Of a stretch of DNA of 64,000 nucleotides, positions 39,412 to 49,535 are shown piece by piece (the first letter of the stretch is position 1; each line of letters opens with the position of its first letter). The notes under the pieces are model-generated. The model was not told the origin of the DNA. It did no database searches and saw only the letters and a list, made by a program, of their open reading frames with translations. This DNA comes from a candidate division WOR-3 bacterium. GTDB lineage: Bacteria > Hydrothermota > Tepidihabitantia > Tepidihabitantales > Tepidihabitantaceae. The position numbers were made by a program, and so were the translations under genes. Location: the NCBI GenBank assembly GCA_965649205.1, contig CBFGJV010000001.1, forward strand, positions 32,001-96,000, read 5' to 3'.

Positions 39412-41076
39412 ATGACAGACGCAGAGATAGCGCGCACCGTAAAACTCAAGTCAATATACGAGATAGTGGATGCACTTGGTATTACTGACAGAGACTTGGT
39501 GCTTCCCAACGGCAATTACAAGGCAAAACTATCGCTGAGACTTCTGGACAGGCTACGGGACATGCCTGTCGGCAAGCTTATCCTTGTTACCGCTATTACC
39601 CCCACCAAGTATGGAGAGGGAAAGACCACTGTGTCAGTGGGGCTCTCTATGGCTCTAAACCGTCTCGGGAAAAAATCTATTGTCGTCCTGCGTCAACCTT
39701 CATTGGGACCGGTATTTGGGATTAAAGGGGGAGCTACTGGTGGTGGTCGTGCGCAGGTACTGCCGATCGATGATATCAACCTGCACTTTACTGGCGACAT
39801 TCATGCGGTTACTGCCGCACACAACCTGCTGGCGGCTATGCTGGACAGTTCAATCCATTTTGGCAATCCGTTGCGTATAGATGAGAGAGAGATATTCTTC
39901 CCGCGGGCCATAGATATGAACGACCGGGTGCTGCGTTCCATGGTAGTAGGTCTGGGCGGTCGGGCTAACGGGCCCGCCCGGGAGGACAGTTGTGTGATTA
40001 CGGCTGCTTCCGAAGTTATGGCCATACTGGCTCTGTCAGCTTCGCGTACCGAGCTGAAAGAAAGGCTGGGCAAAATTCTGGTGGCGCTCAGCTACGACGA
40101 CCGGGCTGTAACGGCCAACGACTTGGGTGCAACTGGCGCCATGGCAGTCTTGCTCAAGGATGCACTGAAACCCAATCTGGTACAGACTAGCGAGCATACG
40201 CCGGCATTTGTGCATGCCGGTCCGTTCGCCAACATTGCCCACGGGACGGCCAGTATAGTGGCTACGAACATGGCCTTGAGACTGGCAGAATATGTGGTAA
40301 TAGAGGCGGGATTTGGCTCTGACCTTGGGGCGGAGAAGTTCGTTGACATCGTGGCGCCGCTGACAGGCTGGCAGGTCAGCGGATGCGTGCTCGTGGCTAC
40401 AGTGCGCGCGCTGCGGCACCAGGGCGGGGCTAAGGATGGGGCCAAGGGCAAATTGCGAGACCTCTGGGCAGGAATGGAAAATCTACGTCGTCACATTGAG
40501 AATTGTCGGACGCTGGGACTGGAGCCGGTGGTGGCACTGAACCGGTTTGATACGGACAGCGACGATGACCTGCAGCTGGTGGCGAAGTACTGCTTAGAAC
40601 TGGGAGTGGCTTGTGCTATCACTACCGGGTTTGTCCACGGTGGTAGAGGGTGCGAGGAGCTGGCCCAGTCCGTGATGCAGACCATCCAGTCTAAACCGGG
40701 CCGGAATAAGCCACTCTACAGTTATGAGGCAAGAGTGGAGGAAAAGATTGAAACTGTGGCGCAGAAGATATATGGTGCAGAAAGGGTGGTGTACGCCCCC
40801 AGGGCGGAGAGAGACCTGAAAAGGATATACGCTCTGGGGTTTGACAAGCTGCCTGTCTGTATGGCCAAGACGCCGCTTTCTCTATCTGACGATCCGGAAT
40901 GTCTGGGTGCCTGTACAGGATTTAAGATAACAATTTCTGCTGTGCATATTCGAGCTGGCGCCGGATTTCTGGTACCGGTAGCCGGGGAAATGGAACTTTT
41001 GCCTGGTCTGGCCAAGCGTCCCAACGCCTTGAGGATAGACATTGCAGAAGACGGGACCATAACGGGTCTGGCGTGA
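39412..41076 (+). CDS. fhs: Formate-tetrahydrofolate ligase
   Basis: TPTKYGEGKTT, GIKGGATGGG, NLHFTGD, HAGPFANIAHG, EAGFGSDLGAEKF, CMAKT. Confidence 0.97.
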   Translation: MTDAEIARTVKLKSIYEIVDALGITDRDLVLPNGNYKAKLSLRLLDRLRDMPVGKLILVTAITPTKYGEGKTTVSVGLSMALNRLGKKSIVVLRQPSLGPVFGIKGGATGGGRAQVLPIDDINLHFTGDIHAVTAAHNLLAAMLDSSIHFGNPLRIDEREIFFPRAIDMNDRVLRSMVVGLGGRANGPAREDSCVITAASEVMAILALSASRTELKERLGKILVALSYDDRAVTANDLGATGAMAVLLKDALKPNLVQTSEHTPAFVHAGPFANIAHGTASIVATNMALRLAEYVVIEAGFGSDLGAEKFVDIVAPLTGWQVSGCVLVATVRALRHQGGAKDGAKGKLRDLWAGMENLRRHIENCRTLGLEPVVALNRFDTDSDDDLQLVAKYCLELGVACAITTGFVHGGRGCEELAQSVMQTIQSKPGRNKPLYSYEARVEEKIETVAQKIYGAERVVYAPRAERDLKRIYALGFDKLPVCMAKTPLSLSDDPECLGACTGFKITISAVHIRAGAGFLVPVAGEMELLPGLAKRPNALRIDIAEDGTITGLA

Positions 41077-41160
41077 TCCTCTGCACTTTGTAGCCGGTTG
41101 ACACTTTCCTAGATTCTCTCTATTCTATTTCGCTACAAGAAGACGGAGGTGCAACGTTAT

Positions 41161-41445
41161 ATGCCAGTCTATGAATTCAAGTGTGAAGACTGCGGCCGGC
41201 ATTTCGATGTAGTAGCCAGCCTGGCTGAATTTGATGCCGGTCTGAAACCTGTTTGCCCTGGCTGTGCTGGGAGGACTTGTCGCCAGGTCATTGGTCGTGT
41301 TACCCTGCTGACGTCTTCAAAATCAGAGGATGACTTGGGGGACTTGGAAGACGACATAGGCGCAGATGACCTTGACAGCACCGAAGAAGATTATGATACG
41401 GAAGGATTCGGTTCCGAGGAAGACGAACTGGATTTTGACTACTAG
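41161..41445 (+). CDS. FmdB-family zinc-ribbon protein with acidic tail
   Basis: MPVYEFKCEDCG...CPGC; Asp/Glu-rich C-terminus. Confidence 0.85.
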   Translation: MPVYEFKCEDCGRHFDVVASLAEFDAGLKPVCPGCAGRTCRQVIGRVTLLTSSKSEDDLGDLEDDIGADDLDSTEEDYDTEGFGSEEDELDFDY

Positions 41446-41447
41446 GA

Positions 41448-41960
41448 GTGCTTTTGTACTGGTTTGACTGGGCAGCATTAGCCATTGTTCTTGTCGTGGC
41501 AATTACGCAGACGGTACGCGGAATAAAAGCAGGAGGTATGGGGCTACCTTTGTTTGAGGCTGCAGGTCTGGTAGTTGCGGCCGTAGCCGCGACTAATCTG
41601 GCGGGCGGTATCAGTCAGTCCTTGCGTATAGCCAAACCCGTTGTGCTGATTGCCACTTTTGTCTTCTTGGCCATTTGGGCGTTCATACTGGGCCGGTGGC
41701 TTTTTACGCTTACCGGTTTTTCCTTTGAGTCCCTGGACGGTTTTTTCAGTTTTGTCTTCGGGGTAGTAGCTGGCTGGACCCTGGCGCATATGTTCTTGCG
41801 GGTGATATTGGAATTCCAAGGGCCCTCCGGTCCTGTGGCGGGAGTCCTGCCTAATGCGCTCATAGCCAGAGAAATATATCTGTTCCGTGGCTGGAATTGG
41901 CTGGTGCAACTTTTGTTCCGCGCCAGGCTTGCACCCGAGTTTGACCCGGACGTAGGCTAG
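41448..41960 (+). CDS. Membrane protein, CvpA-like
   Basis: WFDW..IV, four TM helices, LDGFFSFVFG. Confidence 0.6.
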   Translation: MLLYWFDWAALAIVLVVAITQTVRGIKAGGMGLPLFEAAGLVVAAVAATNLAGGISQSLRIAKPVVLIATFVFLAIWAFILGRWLFTLTGFSFESLDGFFSFVFGVVAGWTLAHMFLRVILEFQGPSGPVAGVLPNALIAREIYLFRGWNWLVQLLFRARLAPEFDPDVG

Positions 41961-42064
41961 AATCCTGGGTCCTGTTTGTAGCTTGACATCATAATTGTTT
42001 CGGGTGTAATCTATACGCGTGCATACCGGAAACAGACCCGACAGAGTAAGTAGGGGAGACCATC

Positions 42065-42634
42065 TTGAATCCGCCCAATAAGACAAGACGACCAGACCTG
42101 ACTGCGACGCGTTCTCCCTTGCGAGAGAAGCGCAGGAGTGCCGGAATCAGTCGTAACTTCATTCTGCTTCTTGCTCTGATTGTTGTGGTCGGGATTGCAG
42201 GAGTGGTAATTGCCACGAGCAGAAAACCGGGGCAGAGGGCAAAGCAGGGAACGAAGGCGGTCGGCGAGGCGGTGGAGGGAACCGTCGGGTCCAAGCGGGG
42301 GCAGCGACGACTTACGACTGCCAGGGCAGCGGGCGAACGGATCCGCAGACCAAAGGAAAAAAGAAAAAGAAGAGAGCGGAAAGAAAGGGTTTCTCGCAAA
42401 GGACGGAGGAAGGGTGGGGGAAGTATTGCCCGTACCCGGCGAGCTCTGCCTCGACAACTGCAGATGATAGTAACCGGGGTCGGTGGCGAGCGCCTGGCTG
42501 TTGTGGACAACAAACAGTACAAAACCGGGGACGAGGTGGAAGGTCGAAGACTCATGCAGGTGGGGCCTGACCAGGTAGTAGTAGAATACAAGGGCAAGAC
42601 GTACACCGTCCGTGTTGGTCAGCAGCTTTATTAA
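42065..42634 (+). CDS. Membrane-anchored protein with Arg/Lys-rich linker and GspB/GspC-like C-terminal beta domain
   Basis: TM helix; RLAVVDNKQYKTGDEVEGRRLMQVGPDQVVV. Confidence 0.55.
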   Translation: MNPPNKTRRPDLTATRSPLREKRRSAGISRNFILLLALIVVVGIAGVVIATSRKPGQRAKQGTKAVGEAVEGTVGSKRGQRRLTTARAAGERIRRPKEKRKRRERKERVSRKGRRKGGGSIARTRRALPRQLQMIVTGVGGERLAVVDNKQYKTGDEVEGRRLMQVGPDQVVVEYKGKTYTVRVGQQLY

Positions 42635-42779
42635 TGTCCCCTGCTGGCAGAATTGCTCCTTCGTGAATAAAGAGACTTTTTCTTTTGTGCTGTCTGCAGC
42701 ATAGGAAGTACAGGCTTTGCATGGCCTCAAGCATCCCTTCCTGTCCGGTGCAGCGAAAAAGACAAAACGGAGGTTGGTT

Positions 42780-45700
42780 ATGAGAAACAGACTCCTTTTG
42801 TTGGTCGCAGGGCTGTCAGGTTTCGCCATGGCGCAGCAGGCATGGTTGTCAGTTGCAAATGACACAGGCCGGCCAAAGGTAAAGATCAAAGAACAAAGCG
42901 CCCTCAGAACCGTCTTTGAAGTCATAGTGCCGGGTGTGAATATAGAGCAGATAGAAGCTGAGGGCGAAACTTTTGTGCGTCTTTCGCTTCCAGGTGAAGT
43001 CATGGCGGTGCTGGAAGAGGGAAGGCCCCAAGTGCCAAAGGTGTCAGTGTTGTTGGGAATTCCCACAGGAGCGCGGGTTTCCACGGAGGTACTAAGCAAA
43101 AAGACCAGAACTTTTGCTGTCGGGACTGTCTATCCTCTGCAGCCTCCGCTAACTGACAAGCAGCAACAGGGTACTCTCGCCTATGACCGCCGATTCTATA
43201 CGCAGGATGTCTATTTCCCGGGTTATGACCACCGGCTGATAGAAACAGGCATCTGGCGTGACTTGGCCGTAGCCAATATTCAGGTCTATCCAGTCCAGGT
43301 GAATCCGGTTCGCGGCACTGTTGAAATAGCGTCACATATCCTCATAGAGGTCAACTACTCGGGTGGATTTTACCCCAAAAATGTTGCGGAATGGATGCTT
43401 CCACAATACGCCCGGTACGTGGACAATTTTGCCGAATTAGGCTTGCAGCCGATAGACACCTATACATCCGGGGTCCGCTATCTGGTCATAAGCCATGCGT
43501 CTTATGCCTCAGAATCGTATCTGCTGGACTCATTGCTGGGTTGGGTGAAAAAACGGGGATACGAAACCAGAGTGATAGCCAAAACTTCCTTTACTGCCCA
43601 GGAAATAAAAGATTCTATCCGGGCTGAATATCTGCGCAACAATCCCAAAGCCCTGCGCTGGGTGCTGCTAGTCGGCGAGTATGCGCAGATACCGCAGGGT
43701 TCTTATTCGGGGGTGACGCGGTCTGACTTCTGGTATTCAGACCTGGAGCCCTGGCCAGCCGGCGATAACTATCCGGAGATAGGTATATGCCGGCTTTCAC
43801 CCTCTTCTAATGCTGACCTGATCAATCAGATAAAAAAGATTCTTCAGTACCAGAAGAGCCCGCCCTCAACTGGCAACTGGTTGGACAAGATTGCCCTGCC
43901 AGCGCACAGAGAGCAATATCCTGGTAAGTACTCTGGGTGCACGCGCGGTATTTACTTTATGCCCAAGCCCTACTGGAACCCTTCCCTAGTGGAGACGATA
44001 ATGGGTCAATTCACGGGCAACGCCGCAGTCACCGCCGCCATAAACCAGGGTCGAAACATCGTGGCTTATCGGGGACACGGTGACTATACGGAATGGTCTT
44101 CTTGGGGAACCGAAGGTTCGTGGTACAATTCTCACGTTGATGCTCTGGCCAATGGCAGTATGACTCCGGTATTGTACAACGTCGCCTGCAACTGCGGCGA
44201 TATTTATCAGAGCGAATGTCTTTCCGAGAAGTGGATGCGCAAATTCCCGGGTGGAGCCGTAGCCAGTCTGGGCGCAACTCAGCCTTCTTACACACTTCCC
44301 AACCACGGCATCTGTTCCACTCTGGTACGAGCCACTTCTGATACCTGGACTATTGCCGGTGCGCGCAATTACGGGCCCACAGTATACAACCTCGCTGATA
44401 TTAAATGTTATGGCGTAGATGCCTATGTGGCGAAGTATTGGCCGAGCAGTCCTTATCCCTACAACATATGGATGTATCTGATGCTGGGAGACCCGGCAAT
44501 GCCGGTTTGGTGCGGCGGGATGCCCCAGATTGCTACTGTAGATGTCCCGGCCACGATACCCCTGGGTCCTTATGAGTTGTCTGTGAGCGTAAGCCTCGGC
44601 ACCAGGCCAGTTGAAGGTGCACTGGTCTGCGCCTGGAAAGAGCCCGATTTCTACGTATCGGGCCGGACCGATGCCACAGGTCAAGTTACGCTCCCCGTGA
44701 ACGCAGTTGATCCGGGCGAGGTGTTGGTTACTGTAAGCGAGGGACATGCGCAGAGGTCCGTACCGGGCGTAGTACACACGCCGATATTGCCTTATGAGAC
44801 TACGATTCGGGCCGGCGGTGCGCCCGTACCCAATCTGGTCTATGTATCCAGTCGCATTCTGGATGTGCCCCCCGGAGGGAACAACAACGGACGGCTCGAC
44901 CCCGGGGAAACCGCCAGACTGGAGATAACACTGCGCAATGCAGGCGGAGCAGACTGCTACAACACGCGGGGTATATTCCGTTCGACCGATGCCCGGCTTC
45001 AGGCAACTGACCCGCATGGAAGCTGGGGAAACATAATCCGTGGCGGAAGCGCGAGCAACACCGAGGACCCGTTCGAGGTCAGAGCCGACATTTCAATCCT
45101 GCCTGGAACTGTAATTCCGTGTACCCTATCGCTGACAGGAGATGGGGCATACTACGAGAAAAAGCTTGGTATCTCCTTGACAGTGGGTCAGCCGCCTAAT
45201 CCTCCTGGAAATCGGTTGTGGGGGCCGAAGACAGGTGCGGGTTTGCCGCAAACTGCGGGTCTGCAGGGCATTGCCTATAACCCGACTGACGACAACATCT
45301 ACTGCTGCCATTATCTCAGTCCCTACATCTACAAATACTCCTCGGATAGCATGCTGGTGAGTCGGGGAACTATTCCGGCTCCGGCGGATTCTTGTACTGA
45401 CCTAGCCTACTGCTCCTACGACAATACCTTCTGGGTACTGGCTAATGCCAAGAAGAGGATATACAAGATAACTCCTGACGGCACAGTATTGCGGTCGTTC
45501 TCCGTAGCTATTGCTTCCTATCCTACCGGGATTGCAGAAGAAGAGAATTCTCACGTACTCTATCTGATTGACCGCAGATTGAACAGAGAAGCTCCGGCTT
45601 ACATATATATGCTGGACACTCTGGGGAATGTGCTGGGGGCTCTGGACCATCCTCTTGCGGGCAACCTGGGACCGCGCGGCCTGGCTCTTGACGCTGGCAA

Positions 45701-46241
45701 CCCGGTACTGCCTCCTTCCCTTGTAAATATATACACCTGGTATGATTCAACCGGCACCAGACTGGACAGCGCAGGTATGTGCGAATTAGAGCGTGGTTCG
45801 GGTACGCTCCTGCGCAGGTTCAAGTTTTCCGACCCGGCCTGGCATGCTCAGGGTATCGAATACGACCCGCGCGATGGCAGTTACTGGGTAACTCTGATGC
45901 ATAACGGCACTGTCCGAGATCAAATAGTTAAGGTATCCGGATTCAACCTACCGGTGGGCACGAAAGAGTACAATTCCGTGTCCGGAGCTGTCCCGCGCCT
46001 GCTGGAGGTGAAGCCCAATCCGTTCAGCTACTCAGTAACACTGCACTCCAATGTACCTGGCGGTATGGAGCTGTTTGTCTACGACGCGAGCGGCAGGCAG
46101 GTGGATCTGATTACTCTTCAGACCGACGCTGGCAAAGGCCATTTTGTCTGGCAGCCGAGACATTTGGTTCCCGGGATTTACTTTCTCAGGGCCAGGGGTC
46201 AGGACGCAGAATCAGTTGTCAGAGTGGTTATTCTGAAATAG
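42780..46241 (+). CDS. Secreted C25 (gingipain-family) cysteine peptidase with propeptide, beta-propeller and CTD
   Basis: Propeptide G.PQVP, VLLVG, SDFWY, YRGHG, ACNCG, LGDPAM; PNPF..YDASGR..GIYF. Confidence 0.9.
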   Translation: MRNRLLLLVAGLSGFAMAQQAWLSVANDTGRPKVKIKEQSALRTVFEVIVPGVNIEQIEAEGETFVRLSLPGEVMAVLEEGRPQVPKVSVLLGIPTGARVSTEVLSKKTRTFAVGTVYPLQPPLTDKQQQGTLAYDRRFYTQDVYFPGYDHRLIETGIWRDLAVANIQVYPVQVNPVRGTVEIASHILIEVNYSGGFYPKNVAEWMLPQYARYVDNFAELGLQPIDTYTSGVRYLVISHASYASESYLLDSLLGWVKKRGYETRVIAKTSFTAQEIKDSIRAEYLRNNPKALRWVLLVGEYAQIPQGSYSGVTRSDFWYSDLEPWPAGDNYPEIGICRLSPSSNADLINQIKKILQYQKSPPSTGNWLDKIALPAHREQYPGKYSGCTRGIYFMPKPYWNPSLVETIMGQFTGNAAVTAAINQGRNIVAYRGHGDYTEWSSWGTEGSWYNSHVDALANGSMTPVLYNVACNCGDIYQSECLSEKWMRKFPGGAVASLGATQPSYTLPNHGICSTLVRATSDTWTIAGARNYGPTVYNLADIKCYGVDAYVAKYWPSSPYPYNIWMYLMLGDPAMPVWCGGMPQIATVDVPATIPLGPYELSVSVSLGTRPVEGALVCAWKEPDFYVSGRTDATGQVTLPVNAVDPGEVLVTVSEGHAQRSVPGVVHTPILPYETTIRAGGAPVPNLVYVSSRILDVPPGGNNNGRLDPGETARLEITLRNAGGADCYNTRGIFRSTDARLQATDPHGSWGNIIRGGSASNTEDPFEVRADISILPGTVIPCTLSLTGDGAYYEKKLGISLTVGQPPNPPGNRLWGPKTGAGLPQTAGLQGIAYNPTDDNIYCCHYLSPYIYKYSSDSMLVSRGTIPAPADSCTDLAYCSYDNTFWVLANAKKRIYKITPDGTVLRSFSVAIASYPTGIAEEENSHVLYLIDRRLNREAPAYIYMLDTLGNVLGALDHPLAGNLGPRGLALDAGNPVLPPSLVNIYTWYDSTGTRLDSAGMCELERGSGTLLRRFKFSDPAWHAQGIEYDPRDGSYWVTLMHNGTVRDQIVKVSGFNLPVGTKEYNSVSGAVPRLLEVKPNPFSYSVTLHSNVPGGMELFVYDASGRQVDLITLQTDAGKGHFVWQPRHLVPGIYFLRARGQDAESVVRVVILK

Positions 46242-46289
46242 CCAGTCGCGGCGATCTCGGCACTAGGTTCCTCAACATTGCTGACGGTT

Positions 46290-47447
46290 CTACAGTGCAA
46301 GAGCCAGCCCCACCGCGGCAGACAGGCCTAAAAGACCGCCGAGCAGAAAAGGAGCAGCCGGACCCAGTATCTTCCATAGAGCCCCGGCGAGAAGCGAAGC
46401 CGGCAGCAGGCCGATACCTACAAGTGTGGCATGCAGACCGATAAAGGTAGCGCGGAGGGGTTCTGGTGCAAGGTCGGCCACCAGAGCTTTTTCCTGACCT
46501 TCGGTCAGAGCGCTGAAAACCCCGTACAGCGCAAAAAGAGGCCAGACAAGCCAGGACCGGTTTGGAGGACCAAGCAAGGCAAAGCCAAGGTAAACCAGAC
46601 CATACAGAGCGTAGCCAGCTACCAGCAGTCGTTTGCGACTGTTGGTAGCGTCCGCAATCTTGCCGGCCGGCCAGGAGAGCAGTCCATAAACTAGGTTGTA
46701 AACGAGGTAGGCTAAGAGCGTCGTAGCCACGGAGAAGCCGATAGTTCTGATGCGCAGAATCAAGAACTGATTGGAAGAGTTGCCCAACGCAAAAAGACCG
46801 GTCAGCACGAGAAAGTTACGCAGCTTCTTAGGCATTTTCCTCGGACCTGGCAGTGTTAGTTCACGCATGGTCTGATGGCGAAAAGTCTCACGTACAAAAA
46901 AGAGCATAATGACCCCGAGTACCTGTGGAATCAGGGCGATGAGGAATATGGGAGCGAAATCGGCCCGGCCGGGAGTTGCGGGAAACCGCTGGACGAGCAG
47001 AATGGCTACGGTTACTCCTACAGCCGCGCCCAGAGTGTCCATGGCTCTGTGCAGACCGAACGCTCCGCTGCGTCGGCCCGGAGGAATGGAGTCGGCGATG
47101 AGAGCGTCGCGGGGAGCGTTGCGAATGCCCTTGCCTATCCGGTCAGCAAGTCGGCCGGCAAACACCAGCCCCCAGCCGCGGGCCAGATAGAACAAAAGCT
47201 TCCCAAGAGTTGAGCCGGCATAACCGATAATGGCAAGAGGCTTGCGCCGCCCCATCCGGTCAGAAATGCGTCCGGAAAAGACTTTGAGTAAAGACGCGGT
47301 ACTCTCACTCAGACCCTCAATAAGTCCGAGTGCGGTCCACGGACTGGCCGTGAGTGTGGTGAGAAAAATCGGCAACAGAGGATAGACCATTTCGGTGGAA
47401 AGGTCGGTGAGGAAACTGGCAAGACCCGTAATTATGACGTTGAACAC
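46290..47447 (-). CDS. MFS transporter
   Basis: SGRISDRMGRRK, DRIGKGIRNAPRDALI, FGLHRAMDTLGA. Confidence 0.9.
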   Translation of the reverse strand: MFNVIITGLASFLTDLSTEMVYPLLPIFLTTLTASPWTALGLIEGLSESTASLLKVFSGRISDRMGRRKPLAIIGYAGSTLGKLLFYLARGWGLVFAGRLADRIGKGIRNAPRDALIADSIPPGRRSGAFGLHRAMDTLGAAVGVTVAILLVQRFPATPGRADFAPIFLIALIPQVLGVIMLFFVRETFRHQTMRELTLPGPRKMPKKLRNFLVLTGLFALGNSSNQFLILRIRTIGFSVATTLLAYLVYNLVYGLLSWPAGKIADATNSRKRLLVAGYALYGLVYLGFALLGPPNRSWLVWPLFALYGVFSALTEGQEKALVADLAPEPLRATFIGLHATLVGIGLLPASLLAGALWKILGPAAPFLLGGLLGLSAAVGLALAL

Positions 47448-47459
47448 TATCCGTCCCGC

Positions 47460-49175
47460 TCAAGTGCGAAACGGTCGCACCCAGAGAATCAGCGTCTCCA
47501 CAATCATCCAGAGCTCAAGGACAAGACAGACGGCGCTGACGAAGAAGAGCAACCAGTTGCCTATACTGGCGTATTGCAGCAGTCCGCGTGCCAGCGCCCA
47601 GCTGGTCATGGTTAGCATAAAAAGGGCCGGCAAGAGTGTTAGCCAGTAGAACCTGCTTCGTGACCTCAGCCAGGCGGTAACAACCAGGAGTGCTAGCCCG
47701 GCCAGTAACTGATTCAGCGCACCGAATACCGGCCAGAGCGCAAGCGCACCAGCACCGTTTGTGCCGCTGGCAAAAGCTAGGGCTCCCGCGCTTCCTACGG
47801 CTATCGTGGTAGCGACCCAGGGGTTACTGAGAGCGGGTAGACGTACGGTGCGAGCCAGTTCTGAAACCACATAACGCTGAAGGCGAGTTGCGGTGTCGAG
47901 TGTTGTGGCGGCGAAACTGACCACTAGAACTCCCATTATTGCCACGGCTGCCCCCAGAGGAATGCCATAGCTTGAAAGCAAATTGGCGGCACCGGTGACA
48001 AATGCATCCAAGTTGGCGTTCATGCCCGATGCGGTGCCCCAACTGGCATAGTGGTGAGTCCAGGCGGCCACTCCTGTAAGCAGCGACCCGTCGGTGGCGC
48101 GATAGGACATACCGATGCCGGCACAGCAGGCGATGATAACCAGAACCGCCAACGCCGATTCCACGAGCATGGAGCCGTATCCTACGAAAAGGGCGTCCGG
48201 TTCACGCGCCACCTGCTTGGAAGAGGTGCCAGATGAAACGAGGGCGTGGAACCCGGAAATGGCGCCACAGGCGATGGTTATGAAGAGAATCGGCCAGACT
48301 GGTGGAGCTCCGGGCACGGCCGAACGAAAGGCAGGTGCTACCAGAGGAACTCGGCCGGAAACTCCGGCAACCAGGACTCCTAGGGTCATTAGAACAAGCG
48401 CTATACCCAGTTCCCAAGCATTGATATAGTCGCGGGGCTGCAGTAGGGTAGTCACCGGCAAAACCGAAGCCGCAAAGGCGTATATTAGCAGAATGATAGT
48501 CCAGACACCAGTAGCGGGAATGCCAAGTACTGGGGGCATAAGCAGGGGAAAACGCCAGCCGATTAGGATTGTCAGATACATAAGAATCACTGCGGCAATG
48601 TCGAAAAGCAGCAAACGATTAGCCAAACCGCGGCGATATACCAACCAGCCCAGAGTGACAGCAATAGGTATTTCTGACCAGACGGGAATGACTGCAGCGG
48701 GAAAGCGGTTGAAGATAAGAGCCATTACCAGACCGAATATGGCGATAACGACCCACAGAATAAGCATAACGATGAGGAAGAAAATGATTCGTACGCGGGG
48801 GCCAATAAGCTCCCCGGTAATGTCGGCGATGGAACGTCCCTGATTGCGCATGGAGACCACTAGTGCGCCGAAGTCGTGGACGCCACCCATCAGAATGGAG
48901 CCGAAGAACACCCAGATGAAGGCCGGAACCCAGCCCCAGATGACACCGATCGCCGGACCTACGATAGGGCCGGTACCGGCGATAGAGGTAAAATGGTGGC
49001 CAAAGATGATAATGCGTTTTGTCGGTACGTAGTCGCGGTTGTCGCGGAGCTCACTCGCGGGAACTTTCCTCGTCGGATCCAGCTTGAAAACGCGCCTGGC
49101 CAGAAAACGGCCATAAGTATTGTAGGCAAGAAGGTAGCCGGCGAATGTAGCGAGCATCAACAGGACCGTGGTCAT
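47460..49175 (-). CDS. cstA: Carbon starvation protein A (peptide/pyruvate transporter)
   Basis: GHHFTSIAGTGPIVGP, LLQPRDYIN, TIACGAISGFH, TTLDTATRL. Confidence 0.95.
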   Translation of the reverse strand: MTTVLLMLATFAGYLLAYNTYGRFLARRVFKLDPTRKVPASELRDNRDYVPTKRIIIFGHHFTSIAGTGPIVGPAIGVIWGWVPAFIWVFFGSILMGGVHDFGALVVSMRNQGRSIADITGELIGPRVRIIFFLIVMLILWVVIAIFGLVMALIFNRFPAAVIPVWSEIPIAVTLGWLVYRRGLANRLLLFDIAAVILMYLTILIGWRFPLLMPPVLGIPATGVWTIILLIYAFAASVLPVTTLLQPRDYINAWELGIALVLMTLGVLVAGVSGRVPLVAPAFRSAVPGAPPVWPILFITIACGAISGFHALVSSGTSSKQVAREPDALFVGYGSMLVESALAVLVIIACCAGIGMSYRATDGSLLTGVAAWTHHYASWGTASGMNANLDAFVTGAANLLSSYGIPLGAAVAIMGVLVVSFAATTLDTATRLQRYVVSELARTVRLPALSNPWVATTIAVGSAGALAFASGTNGAGALALWPVFGALNQLLAGLALLVVTAWLRSRSRFYWLTLLPALFMLTMTSWALARGLLQYASIGNWLLFFVSAVCLVLELWMIVETLILWVRPFRT

Positions 49176-49470
49176 GAGTGCTGAAGTATAAGGAGCGTCT
49201 GTTCGCGGTCAAGAAACAAGACAAGGCACTGCCCTCAGGGTAGCGACAGTGACTGTCTGAGACCTTATTTCGTAGCTACCCAAGTTGGCCGGATTCTTTC
49301 TTGCCCGATCATCGTCGCCTGAGACCGCGCCATGTCCTTATGCCACAGAACAGGACACTACTAGATGCTTCCAATACAGACCTGCTGGGGAAGCTGGTGA
49401 GGGGGAGAAGGACATTTTCGGGTATCTCATTGATTGGCCTGATGTTAACAGCGATAACCGCATACCGGCA

Positions 49471-49492
49471 CGTAATACTCATGAGTATTACG
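49471..49492. promoter_or_regulatory. Perfect 22-bp palindrome, putative operator
   Basis: CGTAATACTCATGAGTATTACG; 19/20 identical to 5538-5557. Confidence 0.7.
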
Positions 49493-49535
49493 ACGGGCTT
49501 GCTTCCAGGTAGCGGTTTTCTAGAATTGTGTTAGT

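Noticed and set aside
42634..42780. Riboswitch in the C25 peptidase leader (also considered at 60708-60790)
   Set aside because: Some pairing potential, but no aptamer consensus I can recognise; an Rfam/Infernal scan would decide.
49285..49534. Short ORFs between cstA and the 49536 gene
   Set aside because: No recognisable motif, and they overlap the palindrome and promoter. A decayed gene fragment is possible but cannot be supported.
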